Part shown: positions 31,385 to 40,293 of the stretch, in pieces
How positions within the stretch are numbered: position 1 is the stretch's first letter
Layout: each line of letters starts with the position of its first letter
Translations under genes and position numbers: made by a program
Notes under the pieces: model-generated
The model's database searches: none
What the model was told of the DNA's origin: nothing
The model's input: only the letters and a program-made list of their open reading frames with translations
Source: a plasmid
Sequence record: NZ_KX832927.1
Direction: 5' to 3' (one strand)
DNA length: 64,000 nt

Positions 31385-32398
31385 ATGAAAACCGCCACTG
31401 CGCCGTTACCACCGCTGCGTTCGGTCAAGGTTCTGGACCAGTTGCGTGAGCGCATACGCTACTTGCATTACAGCTTACGAACCGAACAGGCTTATGTCCA
31501 CTGGGTTCGTGCCTTCATCCGTTTCCACGGTGTGCGTCACCCGGCAACCTTGGGCAGCAGCGAAGTCGAGGCATTTCTGTCCTGGCTGGCGAACGAGCGC
31601 AAGGTTTCGGTCTCCACGCATCGTCAGGCATTGGCGGCCTTGCTGTTCTTCTACGGCAAGGTGCTGTGCACGGATCTGCCCTGGCTTCAGGAGATCGGAA
31701 GACCTCGGCCGTCGCGGCGCTTGCCGGTGGTGCTGACCCCGGATGAAGTGGTTCGCATCCTCGGTTTTCTGGAAGGCGAGCATCGTTTGTTCGCCCAGCT
31801 TCTGTATGGAACGGGCATGCGGATCAGTGAGGGTTTGCAACTGCGGGTCAAGGATCTGGATTTCGATCACGGCACGATCATCGTGCGGGAGGGCAAGGGC
31901 TCCAAGGATCGGGCCTTGATGTTACCCGAGAGCTTGGCACCCAGCCTGCGCGAGCAGCTGTCGCGTGCACGGGCATGGTGGCTGAAGGACCAGGCCGAGG
32001 GCCGCAGCGGCGTTGCGCTTCCCGACGCCCTTGAGCGGAAGTATCCGCGCGCCGGGCATTCCTGGCCGTGGTTCTGGGTTTTTGCGCAGCACACGCATTC
32101 GACCGATCCACGGAGCGGTGTCGTGCGTCGCCATCACATGTATGACCAGACCTTTCAGCGCGCCTTCAAACGTGCCGTAGAACAAGCAGGCATCACGAAG
32201 CCCGCCACACCGCACACCCTCCGCCACTCGTTCGCGACGGCCTTGCTCCGCAGCGGTTACGACATTCGAACCGTGCAGGATCTGCTCGGCCATTCCGACG
32301 TCTCTACGACGATGATTTACACGCATGTGCTGAAAGTTGGCGGTGCCGGAGTGCGCTCACCGCTTGATGCGCTGCCGCCCCTCACTAGTGAGAGGTAG
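31385..32398 (+). CDS. intI1: Class 1 integron integrase IntI1
   Basis: [56 protein letters not shown]...; 337 aa. Confidence 0.97.
31472..31500 (-). promoter_or_regulatory. Pc: Cassette promoter Pc, weak variant PcW (TGGACA-17 bp-TAAGCT), inside intI1
   Basis: On the minus strand, -35 TGGACA at 31500-31495 and -10 TAAGCT at 31477-31472, with a 17-bp spacer. Confidence 0.7.
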
Positions 32399-32575
32399 GG
32401 CAGCGCAAGTCAATCCTGGCGGATTCACTACCCCTGCGCGAAGGCCATCGGTGCCGCATCGAACGGCCGGTTGCGGAAAGTCCTCCCTGCGTCCGCTGAT
32501 GGCCGGCAGCAGCCCGTCGTTGCCTGATGGATCCAACCCCTCCGCTGCTATAGTGCAGTCGGCTTCTGACGTTCA

Positions 32576-32600
32576 GTGCAGCCGTCTTCTGAAAACGACA
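32576..32600. repeat. IRi, the 25-bp inverted repeat at the intI1 end of the class 1 integron
   Basis: GTGCAGCCGTCTTCTGAAAACGACA, the reverse complement of TGTCGTTTTCAGAAGACGGCTGCAC. Confidence 0.9.
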
Positions 32601-32688
32601 CCACCCTGCCCTTTCCCTGGCGTTTTTTGTCGCGTGTTTTAGTTGCATGAAATAGAATACTTGCGACTAGAACCGGAGACATTACGCC

Positions 32689-32741
32689 ATGAAAGACAAG
32701 AGCGCCGCCGCTGGCCTGCTGCTGGGATATGCCCGCGTCAG
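32689..32741 (+). pseudogene. 5' fragment (17 codons) of a serine-resolvase (tnpR-like) gene, cut by IS26
   Basis: MKDKSAAAGLLLGYARV followed immediately by the IS26 IR. LGYARVS is the resolvase N-terminal catalytic motif, and upstream sequence resembles a res site. Confidence 0.4.
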
Positions 32742-33561
32742 GGCACTGTTGCAAAGTTAGCGATGAGGCAGCCTTTTGTCTTATTCAAAGGCCTTACATT
32801 TCAAAAACTCTGCTTACCAGGCGCATTTCGCCCAGGGGATCACCATAATAAAATGCTGAGGCCTGGCCTTTGCGTAGTGCACGCATCACCTCAATACCTT
32901 TGATGGTGGCGTAAGCCGTCTTCATGGATTTAAATCCCAGCGTGGCGCCGATTATCCGTTTCAGTTTGCCATGATCGCATTCAATCACGTTGTTCCGGTA
33001 CTTAATCTGTCGGTGTTCAACGTCAGACGGGCACCGGCCTTCGCGTTTGAGCAGAGCAAGCGCGCGACCATAGGCGGGCGCTTTATCCGTGTTGATGAAT
33101 CGCGGGATCTGCCACTTCTTCACGTTGTTGAGGATTTTACCCAGAAACCGGTATGCAGCTTTGCTGTTACGACGGGAGGAGAGATAAAAATCGACAGTGC
33201 GGCCCCGGCTGTCGACGGCCCGGTACAGATACGCCCAGCGGCCATTGACCTTCACGTAGGTTTCATCCATGTGCCACGGGCAAAGATCGGAAGGGTTACG
33301 CCAGTACCAGCGCAGCCGTTTTTCCATTTCAGGCGCATAACGCTGAACCCAGCGGTAAATCGTGGAGTGATCGACATTCACTCCGCGTTCAGCCAGCATC
33401 TCCTGCAGCTCACGGTAACTGATGCCGTATTTGCAGTACCAGCGTACGGCCCACAGAATGATGTCACGCTGAAAATGCCGGCCTTTGAATGGGTTCATGT
33501 GCAGCTCCATCAGCAAAAGGGGATGATAAGTTTATCACCACCGACTATTTGCAACAGTGCC
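32742..33561 (-). mobile_element. IS26: IS26 (820 bp)
   Basis: 14-bp IRs GGCACTGTTGCAAA at 32742 and TTTGCAACAGTGCC at 33548-33561. Confidence 0.95.
32794..33498 (-). CDS. tnpA(IS26): IS26 transposase Tnp26
   Basis: MNPFKGRHFQRDIILWAVRWYCKYGISYRELQEMLAERGVNVDHSTIYRWVQRYAPEM... Confidence 0.95.
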   Translation of the reverse strand: MNPFKGRHFQRDIILWAVRWYCKYGISYRELQEMLAERGVNVDHSTIYRWVQRYAPEMEKRLRWYWRNPSDLCPWHMDETYVKVNGRWAYLYRAVDSRGRTVDFYLSSRRNSKAAYRFLGKILNNVKKWQIPRFINTDKAPAYGRALALLKREGRCPSDVEHRQIKYRNNVIECDHGKLKRIIGATLGFKSMKTAYATIKGIEVMRALRKGQASAFYYGDPLGEMRLVSRVFEM

Positions 33562-33569
33562 CTTTATTT

Positions 33570-34896
33570 AATGAGATGGTCACTCCCTCCTTCCCGGTAC
33601 TATGCTGAGGACAGGCTTTCATTCGGAGAACTATCATGGAAAACATTGCGCTCATTGGTATCGATCTGGGTAAAAACTCTTTCCATATTCATTGCCAGGA
33701 TCGTCGCGGGAAGGCTGTTTACCGTAAAAAATTTACCCGGCCAAAGTTGATCGAATTTTTGGCGACATGCCCCGCTACAACCATCGCAATGGAAGCCTGT
33801 GGCGGTTCTCACTTTATGGCACGCAAGTTGGAAGAGTTGGGGCATTCCCCAAAGCTGATATCACCACAATTTGTCCGCCCGTTCGTTAAAAGCAATAAAA
33901 ACGACTTTGTCGACGCCGAAGCTATTTGTGAAGCTGCATCGCGTCCGTCTATGCGTTTTGTGCAGCCCAGAACGGAATCTCAGCAGGCAATGCGGGCTCT
34001 GCATCGTGTCCGTGAATCCCTGGTTCAGGATAAGGTAAAAACAACCAATCAAATGCATGCTTTTCTGCTGGAATTTGGCATTAGCGTTCCCCGAGGAGCT
34101 GCCGTTATTAGCCGACTGAGTACCATTCTTGAGGATAATAGTTTGCCTCTTTACCTCAGCCAGTTATTGCTGAAATTACAACAGCATTATCACTATCTTG
34201 TTGAGCAGATTAAAGATTTGGAATCCCAGTTGAAACGAAAGTTGGACGAAGATGAGGTTGGACAGCGCTTGCTGAGCATTCCCTGCGTCGGAACACTGAC
34301 AGCGAGTACTATTTCAACTGAGATTGGCGACGGGAAGCAGTACGCCAGCAGCCGTGACTTTGCGGCGGCAACAGGGCTTGTACCTCGGCAGTACAGCACG
34401 GGAGGTAGGACGACATTGCTGGGAATTAGTAAGCGAGGTAATAAAAAGATCCGAACTTTGTTGGTTCAATGTGCCAGGGTATTCATACAAAAACTGGAAC
34501 ACCAGTCTGGCAAATTGGCCGATTGGGTCAGGGATTTACTGTGCCGGAAAAGCAACTTTGTCGTCACTTGTGCTCTGGCAAACAAGCTGGCCAGAATAGC
34601 CTGGGCCCTAACGGCACGACAGCAAACTTATGTAGCATAACGGCAGAAATACACCGGTTTAAAGAATTACTGATCTGGTTTTGCGAATACTGATATTGAT
34701 GATACTAACGGCCCACCGGCCTGTTGAGGAACCTGTAAAACGGAAAGGCTCATTGAAGCCGTATATTTTCTGGAGGTTCATCAGGCGCGGAACTCATCAA
34801 GGCGCGGGAATAAAATCCCATTCAGACGCCGGATAGATTCAAGCAAGCCAACTTGTCGTCAAAATCGGTGTTGCAAAAACGGGAGTGACCATAGAT
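33570..34896 (+). mobile_element. IS4321: IS4321/IS5075-like element (IS110 family, IS1111 subgroup) inserted in the 38-bp IR of a Tn21-family transposon
   Basis: Flanked by CTTTATTT on the left and TCCGTTTTCTGAGGCGACCCC on the right. Together these are the reverse complement of a Tn21-type IR, GGGGTCGCCTCAGAAAACGGA / AAATAAAG. Element ends TGAGATGGTCACTCCC…GGGAGTGACCATAGAT. Confidence 0.8.
33636..34640 (+). CDS. IS4321/IS5075 transposase (IS110 family)
   Basis: MENIALIGIDLGKNSFHIHCQDRRGKAVYRKKFTRPKLIEFLATCPATTIAMEACGGSHF...; 334 aa. Confidence 0.9.
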   Translation: MENIALIGIDLGKNSFHIHCQDRRGKAVYRKKFTRPKLIEFLATCPATTIAMEACGGSHFMARKLEELGHSPKLISPQFVRPFVKSNKNDFVDAEAICEAASRPSMRFVQPRTESQQAMRALHRVRESLVQDKVKTTNQMHAFLLEFGISVPRGAAVISRLSTILEDNSLPLYLSQLLLKLQQHYHYLVEQIKDLESQLKRKLDEDEVGQRLLSIPCVGTLTASTISTEIGDGKQYASSRDFAAATGLVPRQYSTGGRTTLLGISKRGNKKIRTLLVQCARVFIQKLEHQSGKLADWVRDLLCRKSNFVVTCALANKLARIAWALTARQQTYVA

Positions 34897-34917
34897 TCCG
34901 TTTTCTGAGGCGACCCC
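34897..34917 (-). repeat. Outer 21 bp of a Tn21-family 38-bp terminal IR, separated from its inner 8 bp by IS4321. The rest of the transposon was removed by IS26.
   Basis: TCCGTTTTCTGAGGCGACCCC. Confidence 0.7.
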
Positions 34918-34956
34918 CAGTATTCCGGCTTTCACGGCATCGTTATCCCCGGTACG

Positions 34957-35754
34957 TTGCGTGACTCTATCTTTGTGCTGGAAGGGCTTCTGGAGCAGCA
35001 GACGGGGCTGAATCCGGTGGAGATTATGACGGACACTGGAGGGTCCAGCGACATTATCTTTGGCCTGTTCTGGCTGCTGGGCTACCAGTTTTCGCCCCGC
35101 CTGGCAGATGCCGGTGAGGCGGTATTTTGGCGTGCAGATAAAAATGCGAACTACGGGGTACTGGATGAGCTGGCGCGGGGATGCGTTGAACTGTCAAAGA
35201 TAGAAACCCAATGGGATGAAATGATGAGGGTTTCCGGTTCTCTGAAGCTGGGTACAGTCCACGCCTCAGAACTTGTGGGCTCGCTTTTAAAAAGTTCCCG
35301 TCCGTCAGGGCTGGCGCAGGCGATTATGGAGGTGGGACGGGTCAACAAGACGCTGTACCTCCTCAACTACATTGATGATGAAGAATATCGTCGCAGGATA
35401 CTGACTCAGCTTAACCGGGGAGAAGGCCGTCACGCCGTGGCAAGGGCGATCTGTTACGGCCAACGTGGTGAGATTAGAAAACGTTACCGTGAGGGGCAGG
35501 AGGATCAACTGGGTGCGCTGGGGCTTGTCACTAACGCAGTTGTATTGTGGAACACGCTTTATATGCAGGAAGCGCTATCACATTTGCGCAGCGCTGGTGA
35601 GATCCCGGAAGACGAGCATATCTCACGCCTGTCGCCACTGATGTACGGTCATATCAACATGCTGGGACATTATACGTTCACGCTGCCGGAAAATATTCTG
35701 AAGGGAGAGTTGAGGCCATTAAATTTCAATTCAAACAATGAATTATTGCCTTAA
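34957..35754 (+). pseudogene. tnpA: 3' fragment (C-terminal 265 aa) of a Tn3-family transposase gene
   Basis: …DDEEYRRRILTQLNRGEGRHAVARAICYGQRGEIRKRYREGQEDQLGALGLVTNAVVLWNTLYMQ… is a Tn3-family TnpA C-terminus. It ends inside the 38-bp IR at 35749-35786, and its 5' end is cut by the Tn21-family IR at 34917. Confidence 0.75.
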
Positions 35755-35786
35755 CGTGGTTTTTTACACGATTGAACCTCGAACCC
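35749..35786 (+). repeat. 38-bp terminal inverted repeat of a Tn3-family transposon (outer GGGG at 35783-35786); boundary of the high-GC resistance region
   Basis: CTTAACGTGGTTTTTTACACGATTGAACCTCGAACCCC, in the same class as the Tn3 IR …ACGTTAAG. GC content drops from above 50% to about 30% immediately after it. Confidence 0.7.
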
Positions 35787-35811
35787 CTAGTACGAACTGA
35801 GCGAGGGATTA

Positions 35812-36265
35812 ATGCTTAAACAACTCTTTCGATTTTTAATCGGTGATAAATTTATTCCATTGAATAAACTGAATAAAATTGATTTTGAACGTATTTCTGA
35901 TTTTGAATCAATAGATTGGAGAGTCGGTGTTATCCGGAATGGTGGGCTCTATAAAAGAGATTGGTTAAAACTCAAAGACAATGAAAAAAAGGAATTAAAA
36001 AGCAATCGAAAATAAAAACTGAAAGAATAAAAATCTCTAAAAGTGACTACGACATAATAGCAAAGATAATTAATATAGAGGATCAATTTAATTTCCTTGC
36101 TAGGGATAAAATAGGTCGATTATCAAAAGTGGATAGGATGCTATTAGAGCATCTTTCTGATGATACTAAAAAGGAATTATTACATTCAAAGTTAAGCTCT
36201 TTTAGCCTTGACGATATTGAATATATTCATTTATTAGTCTTTTTTGATAATGCAATCATTACTTA
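35812..36265 (+). pseudogene. Hypothetical gene with an apparent -1 frameshift near 36012 (67-aa and about 84-aa parts)
   Basis: ORF 35812..36015 ends at TAA. An open frame in another phase continues from 36012 to 36265 with the same codon-usage style. An A7 run lies at 35984-35990. Confidence 0.35.
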
Positions 36266-36494
36266 AAAAAATGAAAAAACATAATTAAAATATAATGTTA
36301 TAATTACCAATAAATAGTATGTCTCTTAATAATAATCTGATAATATCGTCTTGGGTGCTTGAATCATTTTGGTTCGAGCATTGCTAAGAGCCAAAAAGAC
36401 GAAAGCCCCGAATCTTGATGTTAATCTCAATTCGAGGCAGTCTACAAACTTCGCAATTTGATTCTGTCTCCTTTTACTCAAGGAGTCAAGAGAA

Positions 36495-36638
36495 ATGAGC
36501 AAATTTGCCCTGATAGGGCTGATTGCTGTGTGCATCACAGTTCTGTGCTTCTCATTGTTAATGCGTGATCGCTTATGTTCACTAAATTTCACAAGCGGAG
36601 GCACAGTGGTTCAAGCAACGTTATCTTGTGATAAGTAA
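36495..36638 (+). CDS. hok: Hok/Gef-family type I toxin (47 aa). It is not in the ORF track because it is under 60 aa.
   Basis: MSKFALIGLIAVCITVLCFSLLMRDRLCSLNFTSGGTVVQATLSCDK has the Hok/Gef signature: an N-terminal transmembrane helix, R-D-x-L-C, and a short periplasmic tail. The upstream region, with a mok-like overlap and space for a Sok promoter, sits within the 36326..36604 antisense ORF. Confidence 0.7.
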   Translation: MSKFALIGLIAVCITVLCFSLLMRDRLCSLNFTSGGTVVQATLSCDK

Positions 36639-36724
36639 CGTTGCTCTTGTGGGGGAAACCCCCACATTTTCTCTTTTACAGATTACGATAGTTTGGTGAT
36701 ACAAGCACCCTTTTATTCGGTTAA

Positions 36725-36994
36725 CTATGGTTTACTCTTTTTGCTATCAATCATGCCACTTTCGTTGAATAGATAGATAAGCCAGTATATTAAATATAAT
36801 GCTGTTGTAATCATGCCTATATTGATCATCAATAATCCGAATCGCGGTGTATTATTAATATCAAACAGTAAATCATCTCTGATAAAATAACTAAAGAGTA
36901 AAAATACAACTGATATACCAGAATAACCAAATGCAAATTTGAATAGTCTTGATTTCGATTTAGCGAAAATCATTATTAAAATTATCAAAAACAA
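36725..36994 (-). CDS. Small membrane protein (two transmembrane segments)
   Basis: 89 aa, strongly hydrophobic. Confidence 0.4.
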   Translation of the reverse strand: MFLIILIMIFAKSKSRLFKFAFGYSGISVVFLLFSYFIRDDLLFDINNTPRFGLLMINIGMITTALYLIYWLIYLFNESGMIDSKKSKP

Positions 36995-37023
36995 AACATA
37001 ATCATTTACAGAGAAAATAACAT

Positions 37024-37052
37024 CTAAAATAGAGCTTAGAACCTATCCCAAT
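37024..37052. repeat. Solo 27-29 bp copy of the IS5-family IS terminal repeat (CTTAGAACCTATCCCAATAGGTTTTTATT), identical to the IS end at 43055-43083
   Basis: Exact direct repeat of the left end of the IS at 43055. No transposase sequence is adjacent. Confidence 0.7.
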
Positions 37053-37152
37053 AGGTTTTTATTATAGTTGTTTAATAGAACTATCATACATTTATTATAG
37101 TTCTATTTTATAGGTAATTTTCATATCAATTGTAATTAAGATAAAAAAATTA

Positions 37153-38067
37153 CTATCTCAACTCAATCTCTTTCGCCAACTTATTGTATTTGTAATTCGT
37201 AATTTGGCCATTTACTAATAATTCAACGGCTTGTTGAATCACATTTAAAGGCGCAATAAACCACTCTTTAGGTTGATGATTTTTACCATCTTTATCTGCA
37301 ACAAATAAATCAAGGCAAGACTCACCAAAGAAAGCATGTAAGTAATATTCAAATTTCTGTGGGTTAATATTGAATGCTTGATACTCAGCAATTACGTCAA
37401 CATCAGCCATCAAATAGGTAGGTTCTTTTTTTGCATTAGCAATACGTTTTTCAACAGTTGTAGTTGCAAATCCAATTTTATAGAGGTGATCAAGTGACTG
37501 AATACGTGGATCTTTACTTTGTGACTTTAGGATATAAATATAACCTGTAGATGTATCATCTTCGGTAATACCGCCAAAATGAGTATAGAAATTGGAGTTT
37601 TCTTGCTCATTCGTTTCTGAAACAATACGTCCATCTTTATACAATGCTTTAGCTAGTGAGCGATAAAGCATAGTTGATTCGGTGCCATTCTCAAAGATGG
37701 TTCGTGTCCGACCATCTTTACGAAAACGCTTGCCATCCACGGTTTTAGCCTCAGACGTAAAATTGATATCTGCAAGATAAACCAGCAAGCCATTTAAAAC
37801 ATAGTAATTACCTTCAACTAGTTGGTATCCCTTATCGTTGAAAGGTAATAACTTACGTTTACCTTCCCGAAGCTCTTGATGAACATTTTTAAATAGATGT
37901 TCAAATTGATCAAAGTCCTTACAGCGTTTGCGTTTAGCAACCTCGTCTGCAGCAGCACGTTGGGCAGTAACATGTTTAATCTTAAAGATGTCACCATCTT
38001 GACCATCATCTAGTAGACCTAGATCATCATCATTAAAAATATCTTCGAGAGATTTAATCTCAGACAT
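37153..38067 (-). CDS. T5orf172 (GIY-YIG-like) domain protein with a coiled N-terminal region. This is gene 4 of the candidate defence operon and a putative nuclease effector.
   Basis: C-terminal block TGYIYILKSQSKDPRIQSLDHLYKIGFATTTVEKRIANAK…VIAEYQ matches the T5orf172/MUG113 signature. The N-terminus contains DDDLGLL. A 3-nt gap separates it from the upstream gene. Confidence 0.6.
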   Translation of the reverse strand: MSEIKSLEDIFNDDDLGLLDDGQDGDIFKIKHVTAQRAAADEVAKRKRCKDFDQFEHLFKNVHQELREGKRKLLPFNDKGYQLVEGNYYVLNGLLVYLADINFTSEAKTVDGKRFRKDGRTRTIFENGTESTMLYRSLAKALYKDGRIVSETNEQENSNFYTHFGGITEDDTSTGYIYILKSQSKDPRIQSLDHLYKIGFATTTVEKRIANAKKEPTYLMADVDVIAEYQAFNINPQKFEYYLHAFFGESCLDLFVADKDGKNHQPKEWFIAPLNVIQQAVELLVNGQITNYKYNKLAKEIELR

Positions 38068-38070
38068 GTT

Positions 38071-38358
38071 TTAGTCCTGCTGTTCTGGGAGCAAATTATG
38101 TTCATCGTAATCTGCCAAAGCCATATATTGCTCTGGATTACTCTTGATCGATTCTAGACGACTCGCAAGCATAAACTCCGAAATGTTTGCCATATTTTTG
38201 GTAGGTACACGTCCATGCTGTGTCATAAAGTTATTGATTTCATTAAATTTAGAGACTAATTGTTCATCAGCAGTTAGGGCTGAAGTCTTTTTCTTAACTT
38301 TTAAAAGCCCCAAATCGTCATCAGCAATCATATCGTGAAGCCAGTCAAAATCTTCCAT
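38071..38358 (-). CDS. Small acidic protein (95 aa), gene 3 of the operon
   Basis: Shares the N-terminal motif D(I/M)xxDDDLGLL with the 304-aa protein. Gaps to its neighbours are 3 nt. Confidence 0.5.
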   Translation of the reverse strand: MEDFDWLHDMIADDDLGLLKVKKKTSALTADEQLVSKFNEINNFMTQHGRVPTKNMANISEFMLASRLESIKSNPEQYMALADYDEHNLLPEQQD

Positions 38359-38361
38359 GTT

Positions 38362-40293
38362 TTACACTCCAGCTCGTCTACGTTGTTCACGAATATAGAT
38401 TAAGCATTCAGCTAGTCGCTTCTCAATTAAGTTACTTGACTCTAGACTAGGTTCACGTCCTGTTTGTTTAGTGAAGGCTTTGAGTTTAGGCCACAGCTCA
38501 ATTGCTTCTTCCTGAGTCATACTAATTTTAGTTGCTTCAATTGCTTCTTTAATCAATTTCAAAACATTCACTGTGACATCCTTTGACAGAATCTCAAAAG
38601 CCTTTTGGAATGGATTCACAGATTGAATAAGATCAATATTGAGATCATCAATATTGACAAACTTATCCGCCATACGAATAAATTTCTTATCACCGACTTC
38701 TTTTACTTCTGCTGTACTAATCACTGAGTCAACTACTAAATATTGACTCACTTCCTCAAGCTCTGATTTTGTTAAATCTGGATATTTAGTTTGGATAATC
38801 TTTGGAATAAGGACCTTATTGACTACTTCAGGCTCAACCTTTCCAGCAGAGCCAGCGATCACTTTGGCATCTTGAAGAATTGCTGCTTTTAGATCCACAA
38901 GATCATTTTCAATAATCGCTTTTGTTTTTGCTGTACTTGGTTCTTTAAATCCTTTGATGGTTAAAGTGCCTGGTGGAACAATATCCTCATCATCTCGTTT
39001 AGTTTTAAACTTGAAGTTTGGTGCAAGGATCTGCTCCATGAGCAAAGATGCAGTAATTGCTTTAAGCATGTTATTTACTGCAAATTTGACTTCAGTATCT
39101 TGAGCATCAGGTTGTGCAATAAGATTTGTGAACTGTGCATGTGATTTGTTTGAGCTATCACGAGTACAGCGACCTACGATTTGCACAATTTCTGTCAAAG
39201 ATCCCCGATAACCAATCGTTAAGGCATGTTCACAGAATTGCCAGTCAAACCCTTCTTTTGCCATTCCAAGAGCAATAATTAGATCAAGATCATCGACTGT
39301 TTTGATATTTCGTAGATATTCAACAACTTTGTCGCGCCCATCTTCTTCAACTAGATCAGCTACTTTTAAAATCTTACCATCTGGACGTTTGATGGTAATA
39401 ATGCCAGTATCGGGGGCTTTAGCAATGAACTCGCCAATAATTTCGAGAATGGCATCAACTTCATCATATTTATCTTTGGTTGATTCACCTGAATTTACAT
39501 TTGGAATATGAATGATGGTCTTTTTGTCGGTATCTAATACATACTCAAGAGCAATATTACCTTCATCATCTTTAGTAAAATAACGACCTTTATAAAAGTG
39601 ATATCCTATGCCAAGTGATTTTAAGTAAGTGTAACCATTTAATTGTTCATAATAGTTGAACGAAACTTTATCAAACTTGGCTTCATCTTCAGGGGTAAGT
39701 ACAGGAACGCTATCACCACGGAAGTAAGAGCCTGTCATTGCAATAATATGAGCTGTGGTATTGTCCATCAGAGATTTAAGAACAGTACCTAAAATATTAT
39801 CGGCATCTGCTGATACATGATGGAATTCATCAATTGCGACTAATGTGTTGTCAAATACCTTATCTTCAAGCTCTTCAAAAGCGAATCTTAATGTAGCATG
39901 GGTACACACCAAGATCTGATCAGAGTCTTCTATAAAGCGTTTAAAGGCTTTTACTTTGCTTTTGTCCCCACCAGCAGTACATAAGTTGTTTTCAGGTTTA
40001 ATATCCCAATCTGCAAAAAAACCATTTTCTGTAAGCTTAGTGTTAGCAAATGAACCACCGATAGAGCGTTCAGGTACAGCTACGATAACTTTTTTAATAC
40101 CTTGATTATGCAGTTTATCCAACGCTAGGAACATTAATGCACGAGATTTACCTGAAGCGGGTGGTGCTTTTAACAATAAATATTGTGAGTTGCGAGATGC
40201 GTAAGCACGAGCTTGCATAGCCCGCATACCCATGTTGTTTGTTGAGGTGCTTTCACCAGTTTGCTGGTAACAAACATCAATTATATTAATCAT
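38362..40293 (-). CDS. SF2 helicase (DEAD/DEAH-like, DEFH box) with a C-terminal domain of about 250 aa and unknown function; gene 2 of the operon
   Basis: Motif I LKAPPASGKS, motif II AIDEFHHV, motif III MTGSY, motif VI QIVGRCTR. Its start overlaps the stop of the upstream MTase gene (ATGATTAA). Confidence 0.75.
   Translation of the reverse strand: MINIIDVCYQQTGESTSTNNMGMRAMQARAYASRNSQYLLLKAPPASGKSRALMFLALDKLHNQGIKKVIVAVPERSIGGSFANTKLTENGFFADWDIKPENNLCTAGGDKSKVKAFKRFIEDSDQILVCTHATLRFAFEELEDKVFDNTLVAIDEFHHVSADADNILGTVLKSLMDNTTAHIIAMTGSYFRGDSVPVLTPEDEAKFDKVSFNYYEQLNGYTYLKSLGIGYHFYKGRYFTKDDEGNIALEYVLDTDKKTIIHIPNVNSGESTKDKYDEVDAILEIIGEFIAKAPDTGIITIKRPDGKILKVADLVEEDGRDKVVEYLRNIKTVDDLDLIIALGMAKEGFDWQFCEHALTIGYRGSLTEIVQIVGRCTRDSSNKSHAQFTNLIAQPDAQDTEVKFAVNNMLKAITASLLMEQILAPNFKFKTKRDDEDIVPPGTLTIKGFKEPSTAKTKAIIENDLVDLKAAILQDAKVIAGSAGKVEPEVVNKVLIPKIIQTKYPDLTKSELEEVSQYLVVDSVISTAEVKEVGDKKFIRMADKFVNIDDLNIDLIQSVNPFQKAFEILSKDVTVNVLKLIKEAIEATKISMTQEEAIELWPKLKAFTKQTGREPSLESSNLIEKRLAECLIYIREQRRRAGV

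Noticed and set aside
36326-36604. 92-aa ORF on the minus strand
   Set aside because: It lies antisense across the hok-like toxin gene and its regulatory region. The hok reading frame and context are far better supported, so this is treated as a spurious ORF (the region may instead encode the Sok antisense RNA).
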